64,000 bases of DNA from assembly GCA_964519985.1 (NCBI GenBank), contig CAZFMF010000001.1:42633-106632 (forward strand), given 5' to 3'. A model generated the notes under the pieces. The model had not been told where the DNA came from. It saw only the letters and a program-made list of their open reading frames with translations, and made no database searches. Of this stretch, positions 46,280 through 55,534 are shown piece after piece (position 1 is the first letter of the stretch; each line of letters begins with the position of its first letter). The position numbers and the translations under genes were made by a program. The DNA is from an uncultured Pseudobdellovibrionaceae bacterium (GTDB taxonomy: Bacteria; Bdellovibrionota; FAC87; UBA2466).

Positions 46280-48715
46280 ATGGCGAGTGGTAAGAAGGTT
46301 TTGAAGTGGGTTGGGATTTCGTTGGGCGCGTTGTTGGGGCTTTTGATCTTGGCGGCGATTTTGATCCCGCTCTTGGTCGATGTGGATAAGTTCCGGCCAC
46401 AGATTGTCGAGATCGCCAATCAGAACATCAATGGAAAGTTTGAACTAGGAAAACTAAAACTCTCGCTCTGGGGCCAGATCAAAGTCCAGGTCGATGGGTT
46501 CACGCTCTCGGACAAGCAAGGCCGCAAAGTCGTTTCCGTCAATGACGTGTACTTCCACGTTCCCTTTGCTTCGATCTTCTCGGGTTCTCCGCGGCTTACC
46601 TTTCGAATGAACGAACCCGAGGTGGTCGTGATCAAGGACAAGGCCGGAATCAACGCGCTGACGTTGATGAAGCCGCAGGCCAAGGGCGCCGCTCCGGCAC
46701 CCGGGGCTCCCGAGACGAAGGCGCCGCCGAGTGGTGGCGGCAGCTCGCTGCCCGGAATCGTGGCCAATGCCCGCTTGGGTGTCGAAATGCGCAAGGCACG
46801 CCTGGCCTACACCGATAAGACGACCGACCTGACGTCTCAGGTCAACGACCTCAACGTGCGGGTGAAGGACCTTTCGCTCTCCCGCCCGACCGAAGTAGAA
46901 GTCAGCGCCGCGCTCGATACGCGGATGGGCAAGGTGCTTGCTGTGCGCGGCCCCGCCTCCATCTCGGCGACCGCTCAGCCCACGTTCCAGGGTTCCGAGT
47001 TTCAAAAAGCGGCCGTGGTCGTGAAGGTTGATATGGATAAGGTGGAAATCCAATACGGCGACCTTTTCCATAAGAAGGCCGGAATCCCCATGAACGTCGA
47101 TGGCACGCTGGCCGCGACGATGACTTCGGCCAAGATCGAAAGCATGGTCGCGCGCTTTCACAATGCGGAAGTCAAAATGCACGGCGGAATGTCCGGCTTC
47201 GGGGGCGCCACCTCGCCGACGTTGGAATTCAAAATGGCTTCCAACAGCATCGATTTGTCTCCCTGGGCACAACTCGTGCCGATGCTGAAAGCCTATGAGC
47301 TCTCGGGCGCCATGGGAATGGACGCGGAGGCTCACGGGCCGACCGACAAGCTTCAATACCAAGCCAATCTCGAAGTGAAGGCGCTAAAGGCCAAGGCCCC
47401 GATGCTTAAGGCGCAGCCCGAAATCAATGCCCAGGTCAAAGTCGTCGCCGACAAAGTGGAGCGACTCACGGTGCGGATGAAAGCGCCGGGCAATAATCTT
47501 TCTATCGACGGCACGGTGATTTCCTTCACGAAACCCAAAGTGAATTTCCGGGTGCAATCGACGGAGATGGACCTAGATCAGCTGATCGAGTTCCCAAAAC
47601 CGGCCCCCAAAACGACCGCGAAAACCCCGTCGGCCGCCCCGGCGCCGACCCAAACCGCCGCCAATGGCAAGCCCGCTCCCGCCGCCGATTTTGATGCGAT
47701 GTTGGATCCGCTGCGCGATAGCCCGATCGCCGCTGACACCGACGCGAAAATCGCCTTCACGTTGAAATTCGTAAAGGCCATGAACGTGCGCATGGAACCC
47801 ATCGAGGGGCAATTCAGTTTCAAAGGTTTGACCGCCAGCTTAGACGCCTTTCGCATGGGGATCTTCGACGGCAAAATTGGTTCCAGTGGCGTGTTTGAAC
47901 TCAAACCGAAGATGCCGCGTTACACCTTCAGCATGGATGTGGCCGGGCTGGACATGAAAAAGGCGGTGACCTCGCAGTTTGAAATGTTCAAGAACACGGT
48001 TTTTGGCAAAGCCTCGTTTGCGATGAAGGGCAGGGGCGCGAGCTTCAATCCCGAGCCTGCGAAAGTGAACTTAGATGCGACCGGGAACCTGAGCGTTGCC
48101 GAAGCGCAGCTGGCGAGTATTGATGTCGCGCGGGTGGCGGTGGAAGCCATTAATAAGGCGCTGGTCGGCTTGGAATCGAAAATCCCTGGGGTAAAGGGCA
48201 AGCAGGTGAAAGCGCCCCCGAACTCGGAAACCGGTTACGAACGGGTCACTGCGAACTTCACGATCCAAAAAGGTGTGTTCTCGATGCCGAACTTCGCGGC
48301 CGTTTCGGGCAAGCATAAGGGCATTGATATTCAGGGATCCACGGTGATCGGGCTCGTGGACTACAAACTCAACGCCGACTGGCAGATTATTGACACCCAC
48401 GACATTACGGGTGCTCGCGGTGTGACGGTGGACGTCAACGGCGTGAAGATCGATCCGCTGCTCTCCGAGCCCGGCCAACCGGTGCGTTTCCCGATCAAGG
48501 TGGCGGGAACGCTCTTCGCCCCTGCGCCGTCTTACACGTCGGTGCCGGAGGCGTTGATCAAAGTTGCGCTGGCTAACGTCGGTCGGGCGGCGGAGGCCAA
48601 GGTGAAGGCGGAAGCCAATGCCCGCATGCAAGCCGAAGTGAAAAAGCTGGAACAGAAGGCCCCGCCGGCGGTGAAAAAGGCGATCGAAGGCATCGGCAAG
48701 AAGTTTAAATTCTAG
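46280..48715 (+). CDS. AsmA-family envelope-spanning protein
   Basis: N-terminal TM then DVDKFRPQI; beta-rich body; AsmA-like C-terminus. Confidence 0.85.
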   Translation: MASGKKVLKWVGISLGALLGLLILAAILIPLLVDVDKFRPQIVEIANQNINGKFELGKLKLSLWGQIKVQVDGFTLSDKQGRKVVSVNDVYFHVPFASIFSGSPRLTFRMNEPEVVVIKDKAGINALTLMKPQAKGAAPAPGAPETKAPPSGGGSSLPGIVANARLGVEMRKARLAYTDKTTDLTSQVNDLNVRVKDLSLSRPTEVEVSAALDTRMGKVLAVRGPASISATAQPTFQGSEFQKAAVVVKVDMDKVEIQYGDLFHKKAGIPMNVDGTLAATMTSAKIESMVARFHNAEVKMHGGMSGFGGATSPTLEFKMASNSIDLSPWAQLVPMLKAYELSGAMGMDAEAHGPTDKLQYQANLEVKALKAKAPMLKAQPEINAQVKVVADKVERLTVRMKAPGNNLSIDGTVISFTKPKVNFRVQSTEMDLDQLIEFPKPAPKTTAKTPSAAPAPTQTAANGKPAPAADFDAMLDPLRDSPIAADTDAKIAFTLKFVKAMNVRMEPIEGQFSFKGLTASLDAFRMGIFDGKIGSSGVFELKPKMPRYTFSMDVAGLDMKKAVTSQFEMFKNTVFGKASFAMKGRGASFNPEPAKVNLDATGNLSVAEAQLASIDVARVAVEAINKALVGLESKIPGVKGKQVKAPPNSETGYERVTANFTIQKGVFSMPNFAAVSGKHKGIDIQGSTVIGLVDYKLNADWQIIDTHDITGARGVTVDVNGVKIDPLLSEPGQPVRFPIKVAGTLFAPAPSYTSVPEALIKVALANVGRAAEAKVKAEANARMQAEVKKLEQKAPPAVKKAIEGIGKKFKF

Positions 48716-48722
48716 CGGCGTT

Positions 48723-49487
48723 CTAGTTTTTCAATCGCAACTCAACGGGGCAATGGTCGGAGCCCATCACCAAGGGGTGGTGATGGACTTCGCGCAGGCG
48801 ATCTTTCAACTCCGGATTGGCCACGAAATAGTCTAACCGCCACCCGATATTTTTCTCGCGCACACCGGGACGGTAGCTCCACCAAGTGTAGTGGTTCGGA
48901 TCGGGAGTGAAGTTTCGAAAGGCGTCTACGTAGCCTGCATTGAGGGTCTCGTCCATCCACGCGCGCTCTTGCGGCAGAAAACCGGCGTTGTTCACATTTT
49001 GCTTGGGGTTGCGCAAATCGATTTCCTTGTGCGCGATATTGAAATCTCCGCAAAGCAAAAGGTTTTTCCCGCGACTCCGCAAATCATCCATGAGCATGCG
49101 CATGGCGGTGCAGAACTCGAGCTTATAGCCCAAACGCGCGTGATCCCGTTGGCTATTGGGAAAGTAGGCATTGATCAAAGTGAAGTCCACGAACTCCGCA
49201 ATCAGTACGCGGCCCTCGCGGTCGAACTGCGGGAGATCGAGGCCATTGCGAATGGATAACGGTTCCCGTTTCGTGAAGATCGCCGTGCCGCTATAGCCGC
49301 GTTTTTCCGCCGGCAGCCAAAAACTATGGTAGCCGGCCGGGTTCACCACGCGGTCTTCCAGCTGATCGGGGTGGGCCTTCACCTCTTGAAGGGCCACAAT
49401 ATCCGGGCTCTCCTTCTTAAACCAGTCTTCGAAGCCTTTGCCGTGCACCGCACGGATGCCGTTTACATTCCAAGTAAAGAGTTTCAC
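48723..49487 (-). CDS. xth: Exodeoxyribonuclease III
   Basis: WNVNGIRA, LQEVK, GDFNIAH, YTWWSYR, GWRLDYF, GSDHCP; GTG start 49487. Confidence 0.95.
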   Translation of the reverse strand: MKLFTWNVNGIRAVHGKGFEDWFKKESPDIVALQEVKAHPDQLEDRVVNPAGYHSFWLPAEKRGYSGTAIFTKREPLSIRNGLDLPQFDREGRVLIAEFVDFTLINAYFPNSQRDHARLGYKLEFCTAMRMLMDDLRSRGKNLLLCGDFNIAHKEIDLRNPKQNVNNAGFLPQERAWMDETLNAGYVDAFRNFTPDPNHYTWWSYRPGVREKNIGWRLDYFVANPELKDRLREVHHHPLVMGSDHCPVELRLKN

Positions 49488-49497
49488 AATCCCTTCC

Positions 49498-50658
49498 GTG
49501 AAAAAAATCGCGCTGGTGGTCGCCTTAACCGCCTTTAGTTTGCTGGCTCTGGAAAATCCCGAATTTACCGGAAAAGACGCTTCCCGCAAGCGGATTGCCG
49601 TTCAATTGCAGGAATGGGCCACCGGCTTCAAGGAGCCGACCGATATCCAGTTCGTGCCCGGCGAGCCCGACCGGGTGCTGGTACTCGAGAAACCGGGAAC
49701 GATCCAACTGGTTTCCAAAAAAGATCCGAAGGTGCGGTCGGTGATCCTGAAACGTGCCGTAAAAACCGCCAGCGAAATGGGACTCTTGGGTTTGGCGTTT
49801 CATCCGGACTTCGCCCGCAATCGCAAGATTTATATCAACTACAACCCAGAGGACGGGGCCAAGCGGACGCGCATCTCGGAGTGCGTCCTGGATCTGAAGA
49901 CCTTTCAAGCAGGTCAGGAGCGGATCCTTTTGGAAGTCGCCCAGCCGTACCCGAACCACAAAGCCGGTCAGCTGGTCTTTGGTCCCGACAAAATGCTGTA
50001 CATTGGGCTTGGCGACGGCGGCTTTGCCGACGATCCCCAGAACCATGGGCAACGCACCGATGTTTTGTTGGGAAAGATGCTGCGCATTGATGTTGCGGCC
50101 GACCGTGCGAAGCCCTACCGCATTCCCACCGACAACCCGTTCTTGGCGAATAAGAAATACGCGCCCGAGATTTGGGCGACCGGCCTTCGCAATCCCTGGC
50201 GTTACACCTTTGATGCCACGGGTCGCCTCATCGTGGCCGATGTTGGACAAAACCTCTGGGAGGAAGTCACGTTCGTCACCAAGGGTTCGAATCAAGGCTG
50301 GCGCGTGAAAGAAGCCTCCCAGTGTTTCAACCCCCGGAAGAACTGCAACGCCACGGGTATGAGCGATCCCTGGTTGGAGTACGGCCGCGATGACGGCGCG
50401 TCGATTACCGGTGGTTTCGTTTACGCGGGCAACACGGTGCCGGCGCTAAAGGGGAAGTACGTGTTCGGAGATTTCGTGATTGGCCGTATTTGGGCGGCGG
50501 ATCTTCCGGCCGCGGGTTCGGAAAGCAAAACTTCGCAGACGTTCGAGGCGCTCGGACGCTGGCCGATCCAAATCTCTACCTTTGGTCGAGATGCCAACGG
50601 GGAAATGTACGTGGCCGATTTCCCGCGCGGCGTGATCTACCGCATAGGTCCCGGTTAG
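49498..50658 (+). CDS. PQQ-dependent sugar dehydrogenase (GSDH family)
   Basis: Signal peptide; GLLGLAFHPDF, NHKAG, GDGG, GLRNPWR, DVGQN; GTG start. Confidence 0.9.
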   Translation: MKKIALVVALTAFSLLALENPEFTGKDASRKRIAVQLQEWATGFKEPTDIQFVPGEPDRVLVLEKPGTIQLVSKKDPKVRSVILKRAVKTASEMGLLGLAFHPDFARNRKIYINYNPEDGAKRTRISECVLDLKTFQAGQERILLEVAQPYPNHKAGQLVFGPDKMLYIGLGDGGFADDPQNHGQRTDVLLGKMLRIDVAADRAKPYRIPTDNPFLANKKYAPEIWATGLRNPWRYTFDATGRLIVADVGQNLWEEVTFVTKGSNQGWRVKEASQCFNPRKNCNATGMSDPWLEYGRDDGASITGGFVYAGNTVPALKGKYVFGDFVIGRIWAADLPAAGSESKTSQTFEALGRWPIQISTFGRDANGEMYVADFPRGVIYRIGPG

Positions 50659-50774
50659 CCGTTGCGAGGGCCCGGCTAGTCGTTGCGAGGGCCCCGGCTA
50701 GTCGTTGCGAGGGCCCCGGCTAGTCGTTGCGAGGGCCGAAGGCCCGAAGCAACCTCGCATTGCGAAGCAATGCG
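50650..50774. repeat. Four tandem 21-22-bp units followed by a half REP element (family B)
   Basis: CCCGGCTAGTCGTTGCGAGGGC three times exact plus one variant, then CGAAGGCCCGAAGCAACCTCGCATTGCGAAGCAATGCG. Confidence 0.9.
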
Positions 50775-50775
50775 C

Positions 50776-51798
50776 TCAAGGAATCAACACAACCTTCCCG
50801 ATGTTCCTACGGTCTTGCAGGTAGTGGTGTGCCAGTGGCGCTTCGTCGAAGCGAAACGCTTTGTCGACGTGCGGTTGGATTTTTCCTTCCTCGAACCACC
50901 GCAAGATTTCCAGACCCCATTGCCGCACTTTGTCTTGCACATCCCAGAGGTGACCCATATTCACGCCGAGAGCGCCCTTATTGTCGTTGATAAGCGTCAC
51001 CGGATTGAATTTTGTCCAGGGAATGCCCAACGCGGTTTTGAGAAAGGAAAGCCGGTTCTTCGTCTTGCCGGTGGCCGCACCCGCGATCCCGAACATCACA
51101 ATCCGGCCGGTGGGCCCCAGACACTCGTAACTCTGCGCCCAAGACTTGCCGCCGATCGGATCGAGCGCGAGTTCGACGCCGCGTTTCCCGGTGATCTTTT
51201 TCACCTCCCCGACGAGATCGGGTGTGCGCGAATCAATCGTGTGGTGCACACCCCGCGCCTTCAAAAATGCATGCTTGCCCGATGAGGCCACGCCGATCAC
51301 TTCCGCTCCCGCGATCCGCGCCATCTCGCCCACGGCCAGACCCACGCCGCCGGCGGCGGAGTGCACGAGGATTCGGTCACCCATGCGCAAGGAGCCCATC
51401 ACGAAAAGCATTTGGAAGGCGGTGAGGTAGTTCACCGGGATGGCGGCCGCGGGTTGGAAATCCATGGCCGCGGTCATCGGGAAAAGTTGCAGCGGGTGAA
51501 GCACGACGGTATCGCTGTAGCCGCCGAACCGGCAAAGTCCGATCACCCGATCGCCTTCGCGAACCCCTTTCACCTCCGCGCCGACTTGGTCCACAACCCC
51601 GCTGATTTCGTAGCCCACCACCGCCGGTAGCGGCGGTGCGTCGGGATAAATTCCAATGCGAGCCAGCACATCGGCGAAGTTCACGCCGGCCGCTCGTACG
51701 CGCACACGGACTTGTTCGGGGCCCGCCACCGGATCGGGCGCCTCCCTCACTTGCAATGTTTCCGGAGCTCCTGCCTTCGTGATCCAGACTTGCCGCAT
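50776..51798 (-). CDS. Medium-chain dehydrogenase/reductase (VAT-1/quinone oxidoreductase-like)
   Basis: GVNFAD, PVNYLTA, HSAAGGVG, RRNIGKVVL; start ATG 51798. Confidence 0.9.
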   Translation of the reverse strand: MRQVWITKAGAPETLQVREAPDPVAGPEQVRVRVRAAGVNFADVLARIGIYPDAPPLPAVVGYEISGVVDQVGAEVKGVREGDRVIGLCRFGGYSDTVVLHPLQLFPMTAAMDFQPAAAIPVNYLTAFQMLFVMGSLRMGDRILVHSAAGGVGLAVGEMARIAGAEVIGVASSGKHAFLKARGVHHTIDSRTPDLVGEVKKITGKRGVELALDPIGGKSWAQSYECLGPTGRIVMFGIAGAATGKTKNRLSFLKTALGIPWTKFNPVTLINDNKGALGVNMGHLWDVQDKVRQWGLEILRWFEEGKIQPHVDKAFRFDEAPLAHHYLQDRRNIGKVVLIP

Positions 51799-51839
51799 CG
51801 CTGCCTCCTGCGTGGTAGAATGGGGGCAGCTGAGTCCAA

Positions 51840-52550
51840 ATGCAAACTTCCACCCAAACGCTTGATCCCGCCTTTCACCTTTACAGCGAGCGCGTGTACG
51901 GTTCCGAAGAGCGCAGCCCGCTTCTCGATTGGTTTCGCGTCGAAGATCGCCGGGTCCTAGATGTGGGTTGTGGGGCCGGCGCTTACGCCCGTGAGTTGCG
52001 CGCGCAAGGAGTTGAAGTGCACGGGGTGACACTCTCTCCGAGCGAATGCGAACGAGCAGCCGCGGTACTGCACCGGGCGGTGCTCGCCAACGTCGAAACG
52101 TGGACACCCGATTACGCGCCCGAGAGTTTCGATGCTTTCCTGATGTCGCATGTGCTCGAGCACCTTGTCGATCCGCGACGGACATTGTCCCAGCTTTCGC
52201 GCATCCTGCGACCCGGCGGTCACGTCTATATCGCGTTGCCCAATATCGCGTACTGGCGCTGCCGGTGGAATGCGTTGCGCGGGCGCTTTGATTATTCCGA
52301 TAGCGGCCCCATGGATAGAAACCACCTGCGTTTTTTCACTCTGAAAACCGCGCGAGCGCTGGTCAGGGAATCGGGACTAGAGCTCTTGCGCTACGAAGTG
52401 CGTGGGCATTTTCCCTTGGGGCCCCTCCGACGGGTTTTTCCGGCCTGGGCGCGCGGGGTGGACCGCTTCTTTGTGACGCGTTTCCCCGGGCTTTTCGGTT
52501 TTGAAATCTACCTCTGCGGCGGGAAATCGGTTACGTTTGCCGAATGTTGA
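51840..52550 (+). CDS. Class I SAM-dependent methyltransferase
   Basis: VLDVGCGAG, HVLEHLVDP, LRPGG, HLRFFT. Confidence 0.88.
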   Translation: MQTSTQTLDPAFHLYSERVYGSEERSPLLDWFRVEDRRVLDVGCGAGAYARELRAQGVEVHGVTLSPSECERAAAVLHRAVLANVETWTPDYAPESFDAFLMSHVLEHLVDPRRTLSQLSRILRPGGHVYIALPNIAYWRCRWNALRGRFDYSDSGPMDRNHLRFFTLKTARALVRESGLELLRYEVRGHFPLGPLRRVFPAWARGVDRFFVTRFPGLFGFEIYLCGGKSVTFAEC

Positions 52551-53980
52551 AGTCCCGGTACCCGCTTTACCTCGCCAATGCGCCCGTCGAAACTCCAAAG
52601 TCCCTCCCAGTTGCAGAAAAGTACACCGGCAAAATTTTTGCGGAAGTCGGCCTGGCCGATGCGGCGCTGATTGACCGCGCAATCGCGGCCGCGGTGAAGG
52701 CCGCGCCGGTGATGTCGGCCTTGCCCACCTACACGCGGCGGGAAATCCTGCTGCACGCGGTCTCCCGCTTCGAAGCGCGGCGTGCGGAACTGGTGGAAGT
52801 GCTCTGCCTCGAAGCCGGCAAACCCCAGCGCGATGCCAAGATCGAAGTCGGGCGACTCATCGAAACGTTTCGGCTCGCGGCCGAAGAGGTTTCGCGCTTC
52901 GGAGGCGAAGTCCTACCTTTGGATCTTTCCGAGCGGGTGAAGGGTTACCGCGGGCAGTGGAAACGCTTTCCGATCGGTCCCTGTTCCTTCATCACACCGT
53001 TTAATTTTCCGTTGAATCTCGTCGCGCACAAAGTGGCTCCCGCCATTGCCGTCGGTTGCCCCTTTGTTCTAAAACCCGCGAGTTTGACGCCGATCAGCGC
53101 CTTGATTGTGGGGGAAATCCTCGCCGAAACGGCTTTGCCCAAGGGCGCCTTCTCGGTGCTGCCCTGCCCGCGCGATGGCGCCGAGCGTTTCACCACCGAC
53201 CCGCGGTTGAAGCTATTGAGTTTCACGGGTTCACCGGCGGTCGGCTGGGATTTAAAGGCGAGGGCGGGAAAGAAAAAGACGATTTTGGAGTTGGGTGGCA
53301 ACGCCGCCTGCCTAGTGGACGCGGACTGGGATATTGACGACGCGGTGGCGCGCATTCTCATTGGGGGTTTCACGCAAAGTGGGCAGAGCTGCATCAGCGT
53401 GCAGAGAGTCTTTATCCACGAGACGCACTATGCCGCCTTTCGGGATAAATTTGTGGTGGCGGTGAAAGGATTGAAGTCGGGCGACCCCAGGCACGAGGAC
53501 ACCGTGATCGGTCCGATGATCTCCGAGAAAGAAGCCAAGCGACTCGAGAAATGGATTCAAGAAGCGGTAGCCGCCGGCGGGAAACTGCTCGTCGGTGGGC
53601 ACCGGCAGGGCGCGATGTTAGAAGCGAGCGTGTTAGAAGAGGTTCCCGAAACGGTATCGCTATGCACCGAGGAAGCGTTTGGCCCGGTGGTGACGCTGGC
53701 GCCGTTTCACGATTTTGATACCGCCCTGAAAGAAATCAACGCCTCGAAATTCGGACTGCAGGCGGGGATTTTTACCCGCGATCTCTACAAGGCGCAGACC
53801 GCGTGGGAAACGCTCGACGTGGGCGGCGTGATCATCGGCGATGTCCCCGCCTGGCGTTCCGACGCCATGCCCTATGGTGGTGTGAAAGACAGCGGTCTCG
53901 GTAGAGAGGGGGTCCGCTTCGCCATGGAAGACATGTCCGAAATCCGAATGCAGGTAATAAGATTAATTATGCGACCATAG
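52544..53980 (+). CDS. Aldehyde dehydrogenase
   Basis: ITPFNFP, SFTGS, LELGGNA, GQSCIS, EEAFGP, PYGGVKDSG. Confidence 0.95.
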   Translation: MLKSRYPLYLANAPVETPKSLPVAEKYTGKIFAEVGLADAALIDRAIAAAVKAAPVMSALPTYTRREILLHAVSRFEARRAELVEVLCLEAGKPQRDAKIEVGRLIETFRLAAEEVSRFGGEVLPLDLSERVKGYRGQWKRFPIGPCSFITPFNFPLNLVAHKVAPAIAVGCPFVLKPASLTPISALIVGEILAETALPKGAFSVLPCPRDGAERFTTDPRLKLLSFTGSPAVGWDLKARAGKKKTILELGGNAACLVDADWDIDDAVARILIGGFTQSGQSCISVQRVFIHETHYAAFRDKFVVAVKGLKSGDPRHEDTVIGPMISEKEAKRLEKWIQEAVAAGGKLLVGGHRQGAMLEASVLEEVPETVSLCTEEAFGPVVTLAPFHDFDTALKEINASKFGLQAGIFTRDLYKAQTAWETLDVGGVIIGDVPAWRSDAMPYGGVKDSGLGREGVRFAMEDMSEIRMQVIRLIMRP

Positions 53981-53996
53981 GCGGTTGTTGCGACAT

Positions 53997-54083
53997 TGTC
54001 TTTGCGAGGAGCGGAGCGACGAAGCAATCTCGCATCGCTTCGCGATGCGGGGTTGCTTCGGGCCTTCGGCCCTCGCAATGACA
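53997..54083. repeat. Complete REP doublet (family B)
   Basis: TGTCTTTGCGAGG...GAAGCAATCTC pairs with GGGGTTGCTTC...CCTCGCAATGACA, with three internal mini-hairpins. Confidence 0.88.
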
Positions 54084-54100
54084 GACGAAAGGTAAAGGAA

Positions 54101-54550
54101 ATGTCAGAGCACCGAAGTTACTTGGATTGGAAGCGAGAGACGCCCGATTTTCAGTACGATACCTACGATCGCACCCATGCGATTCGGTTTGAGGGCGGGT
54201 GGCTGGTCAAGGGGTCTTCCGCCGCTCAATTTAAGGGCAACCCGGATCTTCCCAATCCCGAAGAACTTTTCGCCGCCGCGCTGTCGGCCTGCCATATGCT
54301 GACGTTCTTGGCGATTGCCGCGCGGAGCCATTTAGTGGTCGATCGCTACACCGATGAAGCGGTGGCCCATCTGGAAAAAAATCAGGTCGGGAAGTTCGTG
54401 ATCACCGGCGTGGTGCTGCGTCCCCGTGTTAAATTCTCCGAAACTGTGGCGGATGACCGCTTTCAACATATGCACCACAAAGCGCACGAAAACTGTTTCA
54501 TCGCGGGAGCCACGGCCTGCGAAGTCACGGTCGAAGCGATTCAGGAATAA
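54101..54550 (+). CDS. OsmC/Ohr-family protein
   Basis: NPEELFAAALSACHMLTFL, AHENCFIA. Confidence 0.92.
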   Translation: MSEHRSYLDWKRETPDFQYDTYDRTHAIRFEGGWLVKGSSAAQFKGNPDLPNPEELFAAALSACHMLTFLAIAARSHLVVDRYTDEAVAHLEKNQVGKFVITGVVLRPRVKFSETVADDRFQHMHHKAHENCFIAGATACEVTVEAIQE

Positions 54551-54554
54551 CCCC

Positions 54555-55517
54555 ATGGAAACTCCGTTCACGAAACATTCGGGCGCGCAGCACCCGATTA
54601 TCTGCGGTGCGATGTACCCCTGTAGCAATAAAGAACTCATCGCCGCCGCGTCCGCCGCCGGCGCTCTAGGGATCGTCCAACCCATTTCGCTCGAGTTCGC
54701 CCACAAAACGAACTTTCGGGCGGGCTTGGAATACATTCGCTCGGTCACGCAAAACCCAATTGGCATGAACATCATCGTCGAAAAGTCGGTGCGCGCTTAC
54801 GACGATCGCATGAAGGCCTGGATGGATACCGCGCTCGAAATGGGTGTGCGATTTTTCATCACCGCTTTGGGCAATCCGAAGTGGGTCATTGATCGGGCGC
54901 GCGCCGTGGGTGGTGTGGTCTATCACGATGTCACCGAACGCAAATGGGCGCTAAAAGCCGTCGAACACGGTGTAGATGGTTTGATTTGCGTCAACAATCA
55001 CGCCGGGGGACACGCGGGCGGAAAAACGCCCGAGGAACTCTATGAATCGCTCCACGACCTCGGGCTACCTCTAATCTGTGCGGGCGGAGTGGGCGATCGC
55101 GAAGAGTACCAGCGGGTCATGAAGATGGGGTATGCCGGTGTCCAAATGGGCACTCGCTTTATCGCCTCGGAAGAGTGCAAGGTGCATCCGGATTACAAGG
55201 CCGCCATCCTCCGTGCGAAAAAAGAAGATATCGTCTTAACCGAAAAGCTTACGGGCGTACCGGTGGCGATCATTCAAACCGATTACATCAAAAAGATCGG
55301 AACCAAGGCCGGCCCGATTGGACGGCTCTTACTCAAAGGTCGGAAGACCAAGCACTGGATGCGCACTTTTTATTCGGTGAAATCCCTCTGGAGCCTGCGG
55401 GCCGCCATCCGCCGCGGCAACGACTACCGCGAATACTACCAAGCCGGTAAAAGTGTAGACGGCATCGAGCGCATCGAACCGGTGGCCAAGATCGTCGCGG
55501 ATATGGTCCGAAAGTAG
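54555..55517 (+). CDS. Nitronate monooxygenase / FabK-like flavin oxidoreductase
   Basis: PIICGAM, AGGHAG, ICAGGVGD, GVQMGTRFIAS. Confidence 0.9.
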   Translation: METPFTKHSGAQHPIICGAMYPCSNKELIAAASAAGALGIVQPISLEFAHKTNFRAGLEYIRSVTQNPIGMNIIVEKSVRAYDDRMKAWMDTALEMGVRFFITALGNPKWVIDRARAVGGVVYHDVTERKWALKAVEHGVDGLICVNNHAGGHAGGKTPEELYESLHDLGLPLICAGGVGDREEYQRVMKMGYAGVQMGTRFIASEECKVHPDYKAAILRAKKEDIVLTEKLTGVPVAIIQTDYIKKIGTKAGPIGRLLLKGRKTKHWMRTFYSVKSLWSLRAAIRRGNDYREYYQAGKSVDGIERIEPVAKIVADMVRK

Positions 55518-55534
55518 ACGGGCACCTTTTAGGA
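55511..55534. repeat. Single arm of family A element between convergent genes
   Basis: AAAGTAGACGGGCACCTTTTAGGA matches the right arm at 19280-19303 at 22 of 24 positions. Confidence 0.82.

Noticed and set aside
50650-50736. Possible mini CRISPR array
   Set aside because: Units are contiguous with no spacers, there are no cas genes, and they derive from a REP end
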